A stretch of 64,000 nucleotides of DNA from the sequence record MT150133.1; one strand, written 5' to 3'. Each line of letters opens with the position of its first letter. Positions within the stretch are counted from its first letter, which is position 1. Positions 51,220 to 61,876 of the stretch are shown one piece after another. The translations under genes and the position numbers were made by a program. This stretch comes from Enterobacteria phage vB_EcoM_IME540. The notes below the pieces were generated by a model that saw nothing but the letters and a program-made list of their open reading frames with translations, was not told the DNA's origin and did not search any database.

Positions 51220-51220
51220 G

Positions 51221-51228
51221 TATAAATA
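51221..51228 (+). promoter_or_regulatory. late promoter (TATAAATA) for gene 20
   Basis: Exact TATAAATA; followed by 5' hairpin AAGGAGC-TTCG-GCTCCTT (51237-51254) and GGAG SD. Confidence 0.6.
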
Positions 51229-51276
51229 GAATTATCAAGGAGCTTCGGCTCCTTATCCCATTCATCGGAGACTCTA

Positions 51277-52851
51277 ATGGCAAACTTTAATACAATATTA
51301 AGTTTTCTTAAGCCATGGGCTAATGAAGACGAAAAAGAATATAAACAACAAATTAATAACAATTTAGAGTCTGTCACCGCACCTAAGCTTGATGATGGCG
51401 CTCGCGAAATTGAGACACAAGAGCAAAATATTCCTTATAATGCTCTTATGCAACAGATGTTTGGTAGTAATGAGCCTGAAGTTAAAAATACCAGGGAACT
51501 TATTGATACCTACCGTAATTTAATGAACAACTATGAAGTCGACAATGCCGTACAGGAAATTGTGTCTGACGCTATTGTCTATGAGGATGATAAAGAAGTA
51601 GTTGCATTGAATTTAGACGGGACAGAATTTAGTCAAGCAATTAAAGATAAAATCTTGGCCGAATTCAGTGAAGTTTTAAACCTTTTAAATTTCCAACGTA
51701 AAGGTACTGACCATTTCCAACGCTGGTATGTAGACTCAAGAATTTTCTTTCATAAAATTATAAACCCTAAAAAAATGAAAGATGGCGTACAAGAGCTTCG
51801 TCGCTTAGACCCACGCCAAGTCCAATATATTCGTGAAATCGTTACACGTATGGAAGATGGCGTTAAAGTTGTAGACGGATATCGCGAGTTTTTCGTTTAT
51901 GATACAGGCCATGAAAGTTATTGCGCTGATGGACGCATTTATTCAGCCGGGACTAAAGTTAAAATTCCTCGTGCTGCAGTGGTTTATGCTCATTCTGGAT
52001 TATTAGATTGTTGTGGTAAAAACATCATTGGCTATTTGCAACGTGCTATTAAGCCTGCAAACCAGCTTAAATTGATGGAAGACGCAATGGTCATCTACCG
52101 TATTACACGTGCTCCTGACCGTCGTGTGTTTTATATCGATACAGGTAATATGCCTTCACGTAAGGCTGCAGCACAAATGCAACATATCATGAACACGATG
52201 AAAAACCGTGTGGTGTATGATGCTTCGACAGGTAAAATTAAAAACCAACAACACAATATGTCCATGACTGAAGACTATTGGTTGCAACGTCGTGATGGTA
52301 AAGCGGTAACAGAAGTTGATACAATGCCAGGTGCTACTGGTATGAGTGATATGGATGACGTTCTTTATTTCCGCACAGCACTTTACCGTGCGTTGCGTGT
52401 TCCTGAATCACGTATCCCTAGCGAGTCTAATTCTGGTGTTATGTTTGATGCCGGTACAGCAATCACTCGTGACGAATTAAAATTCTCTAAATGGATTCGT
52501 CAACTACAAAACAAATTTGAAGAAATTTTCCTAGACCCGTTAAAAACAAACCTCATTCTTAAAAAGATTATTACAGAAGATGAGTGGGAAAAGGAAATAA
52601 ATAATATTAAAGTTACGTTTAACCGTGATAGCTATTTCAGTGAAATGAAAGATGCTGAAATCATGGAACGCAGAATCAATATGCTAACGATGGCTGAACC
52701 ATTTATTGGTAAGTATATTTCACATCAAACGGCTATGAAAGATTTCCTCCAAATGACCGACGAAGAAATTAATCAAGAAGCTAAGCAAATTGAAGAAGAG
52801 TCTAAAGAGGCTCGTTTCCAAAACCCAGATGAAGAAGAAGAGGATTTCTAA
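51277..52851 (+). CDS. 20: portal protein gp20
   Basis: 524 aa (same as T4 gp20); synteny. Confidence 0.92.
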   Translation: MANFNTILSFLKPWANEDEKEYKQQINNNLESVTAPKLDDGAREIETQEQNIPYNALMQQMFGSNEPEVKNTRELIDTYRNLMNNYEVDNAVQEIVSDAIVYEDDKEVVALNLDGTEFSQAIKDKILAEFSEVLNLLNFQRKGTDHFQRWYVDSRIFFHKIINPKKMKDGVQELRRLDPRQVQYIREIVTRMEDGVKVVDGYREFFVYDTGHESYCADGRIYSAGTKVKIPRAAVVYAHSGLLDCCGKNIIGYLQRAIKPANQLKLMEDAMVIYRITRAPDRRVFYIDTGNMPSRKAAAQMQHIMNTMKNRVVYDASTGKIKNQQHNMSMTEDYWLQRRDGKAVTEVDTMPGATGMSDMDDVLYFRTALYRALRVPESRIPSESNSGVMFDAGTAITRDELKFSKWIRQLQNKFEEIFLDPLKTNLILKKIITEDEWEKEINNIKVTFNRDSYFSEMKDAEIMERRINMLTMAEPFIGKYISHQTAMKDFLQMTDEEINQEAKQIEEESKEARFQNPDEEEEDF

Positions 52852-53096
52852 TGGAAGATTTAATCGAAGCTATTAAATCAAACGACCTCGTAGCAGTTCG
52901 TAAAGCAGCAGCCCCGCTTATCGAATCTCGAGTAACCGCTTTGATTGAAGCCCGTAAAGCAGAAATTGCTCGCTCCGTTATGATTGAAGGCGAAGAAGCT
53001 GACGAAGATGACGAAGACGACGAAAAATCCGATAAAGCAGATAAGAAAGACAAAAAAGAATCTGACGATGCGGATGATGACGAGGACGACGAATAA
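52851..53096 (+). CDS. 67: prohead core protein gp67
   Basis: 81 aa; highly acidic C-terminus (DEDDEDDE...). Confidence 0.85.
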   Translation: MEDLIEAIKSNDLVAVRKAAAPLIESRVTALIEARKAEIARSVMIEGEEADEDDEDDEKSDKADKKDKKESDDADDDEDDE

Positions 53097-53524
53097 TGTT
53101 CCTTATCCCTGATGATTACGAATTAACTCTAGAAAGCGTAGAGGCCAAAATTCCAGAAGCACAGGGACGTTTTGCTGCTCTTTCTGAAGCGCTCGAGAAA
53201 AGCGATATAAATAATCTTGTAGAGAACATGATTGCTGAAGGCGATATCGAATGTGCTATCGCTCTTGGTTCTTTAAATGAATCAATGGCTCTTAACGAAT
53301 TTATAGTTAAACACGTTTCCTCTAAAGGTGAGCTTACTCGTACTAAAGATATTAAAACCCGTCAACGTAATGCGTTCCAAACGACAGGTTTATCTAAAGC
53401 AAAACGCCGTCAGATTGCTCGTAAAGCATCTAAAACCAAACGTGCTAATCCGTCTACTCAAGTACGTGCCGAACGTAAGCGTAAGAAAGCCCGTTCTAAA
53501 CGTAAAGCTTTTGGACTCAACTAA
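53096..53524 (+). CDS. 68: prohead core protein gp68
   Basis: 142 aa; basic C-terminus; synteny. Confidence 0.85.
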   Translation: MFLIPDDYELTLESVEAKIPEAQGRFAALSEALEKSDINNLVENMIAEGDIECAIALGSLNESMALNEFIVKHVSSKGELTRTKDIKTRQRNAFQTTGLSKAKRRQIARKASKTKRANPSTQVRAERKRKKARSKRKAFGLN

Positions 53525-54159
53525 TGAAACCTGAATTGCTCATCGAACATTGGGGACAACCAGGTGAAATTATCGATGGGGTTCCTATGTTGGAATCTCA
53601 TGATGGAAAAAATTCTGGGCTTGCTCCCGGCCTTTATATAGAAGGCATTTTCATGCAAGCAGAGGTAGTTAACCGTAATAAACGCCTTTACCCAAAACCT
53701 ATTTTGGAAAAAGCCGTTGCCGATTATATGGCAGAACAGGTTGCTACTAAACAAGCTTTAGGAGAATTAAACCACCCACCTCGTGCTAACGTTGACCCTA
53801 TGCAAGCTGCTATCATTATTGAAGATATGTGGTGGAAAGGTAATGATGTTTATGGACGTGCACGTATCATCGAAGGTGACCATGGCCCTGGTGATAAACT
53901 AGCTGCAAATATCCGAGCTGGCTGGGTTCCTGGTGTTAGTTCTCGCGGTCTTGGTTCTTTAACTGAAACCAATAAAGGATATAAGCGTGTAAACGAAGGT
54001 TATAAATTAACCGTCGGTGTTGATGCAGTATGGGGACCATCTGCTCCTGATGCTTATGTAACTCCGAAGCAAATTACAGAATCACAAACGGTAGAAACCG
54101 ATACCAGTGCCGATGACGCCTTTATGGCTCTCGCAGAGGCCATGAAAAAAGCGTTATAA
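53524..54159 (+). CDS. 21: prohead core protease gp21
   Basis: 211 aa; synteny. Confidence 0.88.
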   Translation: MKPELLIEHWGQPGEIIDGVPMLESHDGKNSGLAPGLYIEGIFMQAEVVNRNKRLYPKPILEKAVADYMAEQVATKQALGELNHPPRANVDPMQAAIIIEDMWWKGNDVYGRARIIEGDHGPGDKLAANIRAGWVPGVSSRGLGSLTETNKGYKRVNEGYKLTVGVDAVWGPSAPDAYVTPKQITESQTVETDTSADDAFMALAEAMKKAL

Positions 54160-54162
54160 ATA
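54155..54162 (+). promoter_or_regulatory. late promoter (TATAAATA) for gene 22
   Basis: Exact TATAAATA 27 nt upstream of ATG. Confidence 0.6.
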
Positions 54163-54189
54163 TTATTATCTAAACAACAGGACTACAAA

Positions 54190-55005
54190 ATGCTTAAAGA
54201 ACAACTGATCGCCGAAGCACAGAATATTGATGCTTCCGTTGCTCTTGACAGTATTTTCGAATCAGTTAATATTTCTCCGGAAGCAAAAGAAACTTTCGGC
54301 ACTGTATTCGAAGCTACCGTCAAGCAACACGCCGTGAAACTGGCTGAATCTCACATCGCTAAAATCGCTGAAAAAGCGGAAGAAGAAGTCGAGAAAAATA
54401 AAGAAGAAGCTGAAGAAAAAGCCGATAAGAAAATCCAAGAAGCTGCCGGTCGTTTCCTTGACCACGTTGCTAAAGAATGGATGGCTGAAAACCAGCTGGC
54501 TGTTGATAAAGGTATTAAAGCCGAACTGTTCGAATCCATGTTGATGGGTATGAAAGAACTGTTTGTTGAACACAATGTGGTTGTTCCAGAAGAAGCAGTA
54601 GATGTTGTTGCTGAAATGGAAGAAGAACTCCAAGAGCAGAAAGATGAAACCGCTCGTCTGTTCGAAGAAGTTGGTAAGCGCGACGCGTATATTAATTACG
54701 TACAGCGTGAAGTTGCTGTTACGGAAGCAACTAAAGACCTGACTGAATCCCAAAAAGAAAAAGTTAGTTCTCTGGTAGAAGGCATGGATTATTCCGATGC
54801 ATTCGGTAAAAAAATTGGCGCTATTGTTGAAATGGTTAAAGGTCAATCTGACGTTGAAAACCCAATCACCGAAGCCGCTATAAATAAAAATGTAGACGAT
54901 GCTGCGGCACTGAATTACATTTCAGAAGCAGTTGAAGAAAAAGGCGCTAAGCCTACCCTGTCCTTCGCGGACCTGTCTGCAATCGCAGCATCACGAATTT
55001 CTTAA
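54190..55005 (+). CDS. 22: prohead core scaffold protein gp22
   Basis: 271 aa, Glu/Lys-rich helical; TATAAATA at 54155-54162 upstream. Confidence 0.88.
   Translation: MLKEQLIAEAQNIDASVALDSIFESVNISPEAKETFGTVFEATVKQHAVKLAESHIAKIAEKAEEEVEKNKEEAEEKADKKIQEAAGRFLDHVAKEWMAENQLAVDKGIKAELFESMLMGMKELFVEHNVVVPEEAVDVVAEMEEELQEQKDETARLFEEVGKRDAYINYVQREVAVTEATKDLTESQKEKVSSLVEGMDYSDAFGKKIGAIVEMVKGQSDVENPITEAAINKNVDDAAALNYISEAVEEKGAKPTLSFADLSAIAASRIS
54889..54896 (+). promoter_or_regulatory. late promoter (TATAAATA) for gene 23, inside 3' end of gene 22
   Basis: Exact TATAAATA ~130 nt upstream of gene 23 ATG. Confidence 0.5.
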
Positions 55006-55026
55006 TTTAATAAGGTTATACAACAC

Positions 55027-56586
55027 ATGAAAAAGAATGCATTAGTTCAAAAATGGTCCGCTCTGCTGGAAAACGAAGCCCTTCCTGAAATCGTGGGTGC
55101 TTCTAAACAAGCTATCATTGCTAAAATTTTCGAAAACCAGGAACAAGATATTCTGACCGCTCCTGAATACCGTGACGAAAAAATCTCCGAAGCATTTGGT
55201 TCTTTCCTGACCGAAGCTGAAATTGGCGGTGACCACGGTTATGATGCTACCAATATCGCAGCTGGCCAGACTTCTGGTGCTGTAACTCAGATTGGGCCGG
55301 CAGTAATGGGTATGGTTCGTCGTGCTATTCCTCATCTGATTGCTTTTGATATTTGTGGTGTTCAGCCTCTGAATAACCCTACCGGCCAGGTATTTGCCCT
55401 TCGTGCAGTTTATGGTAAAGACCCTATCGCTGCTGGCGCTAAAGAAGCTTTCCATCCGATGTATTCTCCGGACGCTATGTTCTCTGGTCAGGGCGCTGCT
55501 GAAACTTTCGAAGCACTGGCTGCAAGCAAAGTTCTGGAAGTTGGTAAAATTTATTCTCACTTCTTCGAAGCTACCGGTGCTGCACACTTCCAGGCTGTTG
55601 AAGCCGTAACCGTTGATGCTGCTGCTACTGATGCCGCTAAACTGGATGCTGCTATTACCGCTTTGATTGAAGCTGGTAAGTTGGCTGAATTGGCTGAAGG
55701 TATGGCTACTTCTATCGCTGAACTTCAGGAAGGCTTTAACGGTTCCCAGGACAACCCGTGGAACGAAATGGGCTTCCGCATCGACAAACAAGTTATCGAA
55801 GCTAAATCCCGTCAGCTGAAAGCAAGCTATTCTATCGAACTGGCACAGGACCTTCGTGCAGTACACGGTATGGATGCAGATGCTGAACTGTCCGGTATCC
55901 TTGCTACCGAAATTATGCTCGAAATCAACCGTGAAGTTATCGATTGGATTAACTACTCTGCACAGGTTGGTAAATCTGGTATGACCAACACCGTTGGCGC
56001 TAAAGCTGGTGTGTTTGACTTCCAGGACCCGATTGATATCCGTGGTGCTCGTTGGGCCGGTGAGAGCTTTAAAGCCCTTCTGTTCCAGATTGATAAAGAA
56101 GCAGCCGAAATCGCTCGTCAGACCGGTCGTGGTGCTGGTAACTTCATCATCGCTTCCCGTAACGTAGTTAACGTACTGGCTGCAGTTGATACTTCTGTAA
56201 GTTATGCAGCTCAAGGTCTGGGTCAAGGTTTCAACGTTGACACAACCAAAGCAGTATTTGCCGGTGTTCTTGGTGGTAAATATCGCGTTTACATCGACCA
56301 GTATGCACGTTCCGATTACTTCACCATCGGTTATAAAGGCGCTAACGAAATGGACGCAGGTATCTACTATGCTCCGTACGTTGCACTGACCCCGCTGCGT
56401 GGTTCCGATCCGAAGAACTTCCAACCGGTAATGGGCTTCAAAACTCGTTACGGTATCGGTATCAACCCGTTCGCTGACCCGTCTGCACAGGCTCCTACCA
56501 AACGTATTCAGAGCGGTATGCCTGACATCGTTAACAGCCTTGGTCTGAATGGTTACTTCCGTCGCGTATATGTTAAAGGTATCTAA
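55027..56586 (+). CDS. 23: major capsid protein gp23
   Basis: 519 aa; synteny; late promoter within 3' end of gene 22. Confidence 0.95.
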   Translation: MKKNALVQKWSALLENEALPEIVGASKQAIIAKIFENQEQDILTAPEYRDEKISEAFGSFLTEAEIGGDHGYDATNIAAGQTSGAVTQIGPAVMGMVRRAIPHLIAFDICGVQPLNNPTGQVFALRAVYGKDPIAAGAKEAFHPMYSPDAMFSGQGAAETFEALAASKVLEVGKIYSHFFEATGAAHFQAVEAVTVDAAATDAAKLDAAITALIEAGKLAELAEGMATSIAELQEGFNGSQDNPWNEMGFRIDKQVIEAKSRQLKASYSIELAQDLRAVHGMDADAELSGILATEIMLEINREVIDWINYSAQVGKSGMTNTVGAKAGVFDFQDPIDIRGARWAGESFKALLFQIDKEAAEIARQTGRGAGNFIIASRNVVNVLAAVDTSVSYAAQGLGQGFNVDTTKAVFAGVLGGKYRVYIDQYARSDYFTIGYKGANEMDAGIYYAPYVALTPLRGSDPKNFQPVMGFKTRYGIGINPFADPSAQAPTKRIQSGMPDIVNSLGLNGYFRRVYVKGI

Positions 56587-56602
56587 GATATAACCTTATT
56601 AT

Positions 56603-56630
56603 GGGAGACTTCGGTCTCCCATTCTTGTTT
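56603..56630. terminator. bidirectional terminator hairpin between gene 23 (+) and small ORF (-)
   Basis: GGGAGAC-TTCG-GTCTCCC then ATTCTTGTTT; same 18-nt hairpin also at 16568-16585. Confidence 0.55.
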
Positions 56631-56635
56631 CTGTA

Positions 56636-56902
56636 TTATGCAATCTTAACTCGGCGGTTGATGATATCACGGAAGTCAATACGATTTTCTTGGATTTTCA
56701 GCCAGTTACCAGATTTGTCTTTGGTATGGGTAGAGTATTCACCGTTCCACCAGAAGTCGGTAGCATAAGCCATGGCTTCGTATTTCTTAACTAAGGCATT
56801 CACTGCATTACCATTAGGATTGTTACCGAATTTTTCTACCAGAGCTTTGATGTCTTTATCAAGAGCGGAAAGAGTAGTACGAATAAAGTTTAACTTGTTC
56901 AT
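56636..56902 (-). CDS. small hypothetical early protein antisense to capsid module
   Basis: Start at ATG 56900-56902 preceded by GAGGAG; early-promoter cassette (core 56921-56961) immediately upstream. Confidence 0.5.
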   Translation of the reverse strand: MNKLNFIRTTLSALDKDIKALVEKFGNNPNGNAVNALVKKYEAMAYATDFWWNGEYSTHTKDKSGNWLKIQENRIDFRDIINRRVKIA

Positions 56903-56920
56903 TTTTAATCTCCTCATGTT

Positions 56921-56961
56921 TTGATAGGTCTATAGTAACATGTGAGAATCTTGCTGTAAAC
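56921..56961 (-). promoter_or_regulatory. early promoter cassette (PeSL-like) copy 8, in late region
   Basis: Same core upstream of small ORF 56636-56902; back-to-back with gp24 late promoter. Confidence 0.55.
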
Positions 56962-56967
56962 AACTTT

Positions 56968-56975
56968 TATAAATA
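56968..56975 (+). promoter_or_regulatory. late promoter (TATAAATA) for gene 24
   Basis: Exact TATAAATA 28 nt upstream of ATG. Confidence 0.6.
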
Positions 56976-57003
56976 AACATATACCCTCAATAAGGAAAGC
57001 GCA

Positions 57004-58287
57004 ATGGCAAAGATTAACGAATTACTGCGCGAGTCAACAACTACTTCCAGCAACTCATTGGGTCGCCCTAATCTTGTTGCTTTGACCCGTGCTACAACCA
57101 AATTGATTTACCGTGATATTATCGCCGAACAACGTACTAGCCAGCCTATTGCTGCACTGTATGGTGTCAAATATCTTACCCCTGATAATGAATTTAGTTT
57201 CCAGACAGGTGCCTCTTATGGTGGTGAAGTTGGTTCTAAAGACCGTGAAACTATCCCAGAACTCACAGATAAGGCCCAGGCGATTGCTCAGGGTGAATAT
57301 TTCAAGTACCAGAATGTGGTTTATAAGGCTCTTAAAGCAAGCCCACTCGCGTCCACTAGCGCCACAGAATTGGCTGATGCTCTTCAAGAAGGTTTAGTGT
57401 CATTAACATGTCGTCTGGTTCCTGATGCTGCCCATACCACTAAATTTGAAGCGAGTGATGTAGAAATCTCTGATGCTGTATTCCAGGTTAATAAATGGAA
57501 TGCTCCGGTTAAGACCCGTAAATTGAAGACGGCTTTGACTGTAGAATTAGCGCAGGATATGGAATCAAATGGCTTTGACGCGCCGGCGTTCTTAGAAGAC
57601 CTCTTGGCTACAGTAATGGCAGATGAAATTAATAAAGACGTTCTGCAATCTCTAATAACCGTATCCAAACGTTATAAAGTTACTGGTGTATCTGATAACG
57701 GCATCATCGATTTGTCTTATGACAGTGCTCCTGAATCTGCACGTAAACTTTATGAACTCGTTTGTGAGATGAATTCTGAAATCCAGAAAACTACTTCTTA
57801 TTCTGGCACGTTTGTTGTGGCTTCAAGTCGTGTGGCTGCAATGCTTGCAGGTTCTGGCTGGTTAAAACATAAACCCGAAGATAATAATTGGCTTCCGGAA
57901 ACTGCATACGGATATTTGTTGAATGGTCTGCCTCTGTTTTGTGACGTTAACAGTCCATTAGATTATGTTACCGTTGGTGTTAAAGAGAATTACGGCGGTA
58001 ATGAAGTTGTCGGTTCTATTTTCTACGCTCCCTATACCGAAGGCTTAGATTTAGATGACCAAGAACACGTCGGTGCTTATAAGGTTATTGTTGACCCGGA
58101 TTCATTACAACCTTCTATTTCTCTGATGGTTCGTTATGCACTATCAGCTAACCCGTACACCGTGGCTAAAGACGATAAAGAAGCTCGTGTTATCGATGCA
58201 ACCAATATGGATTTAATGGCTGGACAGAGCAATATGTCTTATCTGGTTGGCGTTAAACTTCCGGCAATTATTTACGAGGCTGATTAA
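57004..58287 (+). CDS. 24: capsid vertex protein gp24
   Basis: 427 aa (same length as T4 gp24); TATAAATA at 56968-56975. Confidence 0.88.
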   Translation: MAKINELLRESTTTSSNSLGRPNLVALTRATTKLIYRDIIAEQRTSQPIAALYGVKYLTPDNEFSFQTGASYGGEVGSKDRETIPELTDKAQAIAQGEYFKYQNVVYKALKASPLASTSATELADALQEGLVSLTCRLVPDAAHTTKFEASDVEISDAVFQVNKWNAPVKTRKLKTALTVELAQDMESNGFDAPAFLEDLLATVMADEINKDVLQSLITVSKRYKVTGVSDNGIIDLSYDSAPESARKLYELVCEMNSEIQKTTSYSGTFVVASSRVAAMLAGSGWLKHKPEDNNWLPETAYGYLLNGLPLFCDVNSPLDYVTVGVKENYGGNEVVGSIFYAPYTEGLDLDDQEHVGAYKVIVDPDSLQPSISLMVRYALSANPYTVAKDDKEARVIDATNMDLMAGQSNMSYLVGVKLPAIIYEAD

Positions 58288-59567
58288 TGTCTAAGATTGT
58301 AGACCTAATTAAAGAATCCACATTGACGGCTGCCAGCTCGGTTGGCCGTCCTGCTCTTCTTTCATACACCCAAGCAACTAATAAACGAATCTTTAAAGCC
58401 CTAGTTGCTGAACAAAAAACAAATCAACCGGTTGCTGCTCTGTATGGGGTACGTGTACTGAATCCTGACGACAAAATGACTTATCTTGGTGGAGCAACAT
58501 TTGCGGGCCAGATTGGTATGACGGAACGTGAAAATATTCCAGAATTTACTGATTCATCTACAGCTTATGCGGTCGGTGATATGTTCCAGTTTGAAAGCGT
58601 AGTGTTTAAAGTTCTAGAAGCATCTCCTTTCGCCGGAACCACAGAAACCAACCTCAGCGAAGTTATTTCTGAAGCAGTGGCAGCCGGCCATATCCGTATG
58701 GCGTCGGATGCTGCTATTACTTCTAAATTTGAACAAGGCCATCCTGAAATTGCTGAAACCGGATTCCGTATCGACAAATGGCAATCTGAAGTTAAATCGC
58801 GTAAACTGAAAACTTCATTGACAGTCGAATTAGCCCAAGACCTAGAATCTAACGGGTTTAATGCTCCTAATTTCGTTGAAAATCTGCTAGGCATTCAAAT
58901 GGCAGAAGAAATTAATAAGGATGTATTACAGTCATTAATTACCGTGAGCTCTCGTTTTAAAGTCCAGGGTGTTTCTGAAAAGGGTGTATTAGACCTTACC
59001 AACCCTCGCTACGATAATGCCCAGGACCGTGCTCGCACATTATATTATTATATGTGTGAGATGAACTCTGCCGTCCAACGACAGACTTCTTTTGCCGGGA
59101 CTTATGCAGTAGCTAGTTCTCGTTGTGCTGCTATTCTCGCCGCCTCTGGTTGGGTTGAGAAAAAGGAAGACCAGGACGAATTGGCTTATGGTATATTAAA
59201 GAATGGCCTACCACTTTATGCTGATATGAATAGTCCATGTGATTATGTTATTGTTGGTGTAAATGCCCAGATGGGTGAAGGACAGACGGTCGCATCTTTA
59301 TATTATGCGCCTTATACGGAAGGTTTGAATGTGGTTGACGAAGAAGGTGATACTTCAGTTGGTGAATTTAAGGTTATTGTTGACCCGGAAAGCTTACAAC
59401 CTACAGTAGCATTGCTTGCTCGTTATGCATTGACTGCAAACCCTTATACCGTCGCTAAGGACGATAAAGAAGCCCGCATTATTGATGGTTCTGATATGGA
59501 CAAAATGGCTAATCAAAGTCAATTGAGTTCTTATCTCGGCGTAAAATTACCGCCTTTAGAAAAATAA
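58287..59567 (+). CDS. capsid vertex protein gp24 paralog (second copy)
   Basis: 426 aa, alignable along full length with the upstream gp24 copy, roughly half identical by eye; ATGA-coupled. Confidence 0.8.
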   Translation: MSKIVDLIKESTLTAASSVGRPALLSYTQATNKRIFKALVAEQKTNQPVAALYGVRVLNPDDKMTYLGGATFAGQIGMTERENIPEFTDSSTAYAVGDMFQFESVVFKVLEASPFAGTTETNLSEVISEAVAAGHIRMASDAAITSKFEQGHPEIAETGFRIDKWQSEVKSRKLKTSLTVELAQDLESNGFNAPNFVENLLGIQMAEEINKDVLQSLITVSSRFKVQGVSEKGVLDLTNPRYDNAQDRARTLYYYMCEMNSAVQRQTSFAGTYAVASSRCAAILAASGWVEKKEDQDELAYGILKNGLPLYADMNSPCDYVIVGVNAQMGEGQTVASLYYAPYTEGLNVVDEEGDTSVGEFKVIVDPESLQPTVALLARYALTANPYTVAKDDKEARIIDGSDMDKMANQSQLSSYLGVKLPPLEK

Positions 59568-59590
59568 AAGGGACCTTGCGGCCCTTTATC
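59567..59590. terminator. bidirectional terminator between gp24 paralog (+) and rnlB (-)
   Basis: A-run, GGGACC-TTGC-GGCCC hairpin, T-run. Confidence 0.55.
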
Positions 59591-59592
59591 AT

Positions 59593-60600
59593 TTATTTGG
59601 ATACTAGTTCAATCCATACGGCTCGTAGGGTATCTTTTACACACTCAACGAGCTGCTTTTTAACTTCAACAGGATTTTCTGCATCAGTTAATTCTAATTC
59701 TTCACGGGCAGCTTCTTCTAAGATATCTTGGACTGCCAAGCCCATTACCTTTCCAAAATCCTTCGGCGATACTTCGCCAATCTTACTGATAACGTTGTTA
59801 ATACGGTTAACAGTCACATAATCAGTGAATTGCCACATCAAATCCATATCGTCTTGGGACAAAACTACAGCCGCCTTAATAGGCTTATCAGACTTTTTCT
59901 TCTCGCTGAATTTAGAGTTCTTACATTTAATCGCCACGCGATTTCCATTAGGAAGCCAGATAGGAATATCGGGTTTAAGTACAAAGCCTTCAGCCGTGAA
60001 TACTTTACCTTCTACCTTAGGAATAAAGTCTGTAGAGTTTGCAATAGTTAGGCCTGCGTTATCAACCGCAAAATTATAATCAGGAATAACTGAATCAAAG
60101 TCATTAGGTAATTTAATAAGGTCTTCAAAGCTACCAGTAGCCAGACATGGCGCGACCTTAAACTTATGGATAATACAGAAGGCTTCCATCAATGTATCGG
60201 TTAGAACAGATTCTGAACCATCTTCTTTAGTAACTCGGATATCGAACACATAAAAGTCTTTATCGCCGTAGTCCACATTCTTCTGGATGCCTGTCCCAGC
60301 GAATTCGCCATAAATCTGGTATGACTGATAATTAATCGATTCAATTAGATGTTGAACTGATTTAATAGAATCAGCGTAGTTCTTAAGTACAATTTCATAA
60401 CCATAGAAATCTTCAGCAGGGAGGATAGGGCCAGTGCGCTTGGCGCATGTGACTGCGTCACGTTCTATGATTAAACTAAAGTTGGTTCCATGAATCTTCT
60501 CACGTGCTACCCATTCACCACCAGTCAAACCGTTAGTACGGAGTTTTTCGATAAACTTACTGTTGTAGTGGTTTTCGAGACTGCTATATTTCTTGAACAT
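59593..60600 (-). CDS. rnlB: RNA ligase 2
   Basis: 335 aa; [20 protein letters not shown]...[16 protein letters not shown]... near-identical N-terminus to T4 Rnl2 incl. ligase motif I KxHGxN. Confidence 0.93.
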   Translation of the reverse strand: MFKKYSSLENHYNSKFIEKLRTNGLTGGEWVAREKIHGTNFSLIIERDAVTCAKRTGPILPAEDFYGYEIVLKNYADSIKSVQHLIESINYQSYQIYGEFAGTGIQKNVDYGDKDFYVFDIRVTKEDGSESVLTDTLMEAFCIIHKFKVAPCLATGSFEDLIKLPNDFDSVIPDYNFAVDNAGLTIANSTDFIPKVEGKVFTAEGFVLKPDIPIWLPNGNRVAIKCKNSKFSEKKKSDKPIKAAVVLSQDDMDLMWQFTDYVTVNRINNVISKIGEVSPKDFGKVMGLAVQDILEEAAREELELTDAENPVEVKKQLVECVKDTLRAVWIELVSK

Positions 60601-60714
60601 AAATCACCATAATAAATATAATTAAATAGAAGAGCTAGTAGTCTTCTGTCACCAAGCCAAATGGGTTAACGGAAGGACCTAGACCCATTATATCACACCT
60701 AAATTTAAAGCATA

Positions 60715-60963
60715 TTACTTTGAACTAGAACGCGCTTTGCGCCGAACCTTGTTGTTCAATCTTTTACGATAAACAACCTTTTCTTTCGCTTTAAATTTGG
60801 CCTTGGCTTGTTCTACATCAACCCATGCTTTGGCCATGTCCTTAGCGGTCCCACCCATTTTTTTAGCAATTTCTATAAAATTCAACCCAGATTCGTGTAA
60901 AAAATGTACTTTAACCTTATCCATAACAATTCTCTCGTTGAGTTGGTAAACCCATCTTAACAT
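60715..60963 (-). CDS. hypothetical small basic protein (possible HTH), start uncertain
   Basis: ORF track; basic C-terminal tail. Confidence 0.4.
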   Translation of the reverse strand: MLRWVYQLNERIVMDKVKVHFLHESGLNFIEIAKKMGGTAKDMAKAWVDVEQAKAKFKAKEKVVYRKRLNNKVRRKARSSSK

Positions 60964-61002
60964 AGAATTTTTAACTTGTAAACAGGAATTTTGTACTTTA
61001 AC

Positions 61003-61026
61003 GCAAAATGGGCCTTGCGGCCCATT
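61003..61026 (-). terminator. intrinsic terminator after hoc
   Basis: Minus strand ATGGGCC-GCAA-GGCCCAT followed by TTTTG. Confidence 0.55.
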
Positions 61027-61027
61027 A

Positions 61028-61876
61028 TTAATAAATGTAATCGTATATAATACCAGCTTCTAAAGCGGTGCGATGAATAATTCGACCATTACGAGATTCT
61101 TGTACATCAACCTCTGAATAGTCGGTAATCATTTTTTGAAGTGTATATCGGTGCAAATAATACGGGCTATCCGGGTCATCTGTTTTCCAGTCTTTGCCTT
61201 CAAGAGTCATTTTCTGGATTTCATCCATAACCCACCAACCAACCCAAATATATGCTGAATTACGAACAGGGAGTGGATGAACGTAAGGTAATTCGCCATC
61301 CGGAACCGGTGCGACTTTAGCCGTGACTGTTACATTACCGGTTTTTGTGACAGTCGCCGGGTTATAATCAGTCGCCGAAACCACAACAGAAACTTCAATA
61401 ACCTGCGAACCTTCAGTGCTTGTATCGATTGCTAGAGTATCCGTGGTGCCAACTACAGGAGAACCGTCTTTCTTCCAAGAATAGGCAAAAGTAGCACCAG
61501 CAGGAGCGCCGACCACATCCGCTTTAAAAGAAGCTGGAGTGCCTTCCGGAACATTAATCGAAGCTGGGGTTAATGTCACAGAAACACCGGAAATGGTTTT
61601 ATTCTGGATAGTTAAAGTTGTTTCAGCTTCAGCTGTTTCTGGTTCGCCGTCCGCCGGTGTAGTTGTTGCAACAACTTTAATAGTCTTGCTGCCTGCCGGG
61701 CCAACAGCAACATAATCCATTGCAGCAGTCACAGAAGATTGAGGAACGCCATCAACGGTCCAGACAAATGATTCGGTACCTTCAGCTGCAGCACCGGAAC
61801 CGGTCGCAGTGAAATTGGTTGTTGCTCCAATAACGGCCGTAGCCGCCAAAGGAGCCATATCTACGGTATAAGCCAT
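61028..61876 (-). CDS. hoc: highly immunogenic outer capsid protein Hoc (shortened)
   Basis: C-terminal ~100 aa (TVTKTGNVTVTAKVAPVPDGELPYVHPLP...WVMDEIQKMT...) match T4 Hoc; Ig-like N-terminal repeats; 282 aa vs ~376 aa in T4. Confidence 0.88.
   Translation of the reverse strand: MAYTVDMAPLAATAVIGATTNFTATGSGAAAEGTESFVWTVDGVPQSSVTAAMDYVAVGPAGSKTIKVVATTTPADGEPETAEAETTLTIQNKTISGVSVTLTPASINVPEGTPASFKADVVGAPAGATFAYSWKKDGSPVVGTTDTLAIDTSTEGSQVIEVSVVVSATDYNPATVTKTGNVTVTAKVAPVPDGELPYVHPLPVRNSAYIWVGWWVMDEIQKMTLEGKDWKTDDPDSPYYLHRYTLQKMITDYSEVDVQESRNGRIIHRTALEAGIIYDYIY

Noticed and set aside
54262-54846. 194-aa minus-strand ORF
   Set aside because: Antisense to gene 22; Phe/Ser-rich nonsense translation of a Glu/Lys-rich gene.
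55042-56424. 460-aa minus-strand ORF
   Set aside because: Entirely antisense to the well-supported gp23 capsid gene; Ser/Gly/Thr-rich low-complexity translation typical of an open antisense frame.
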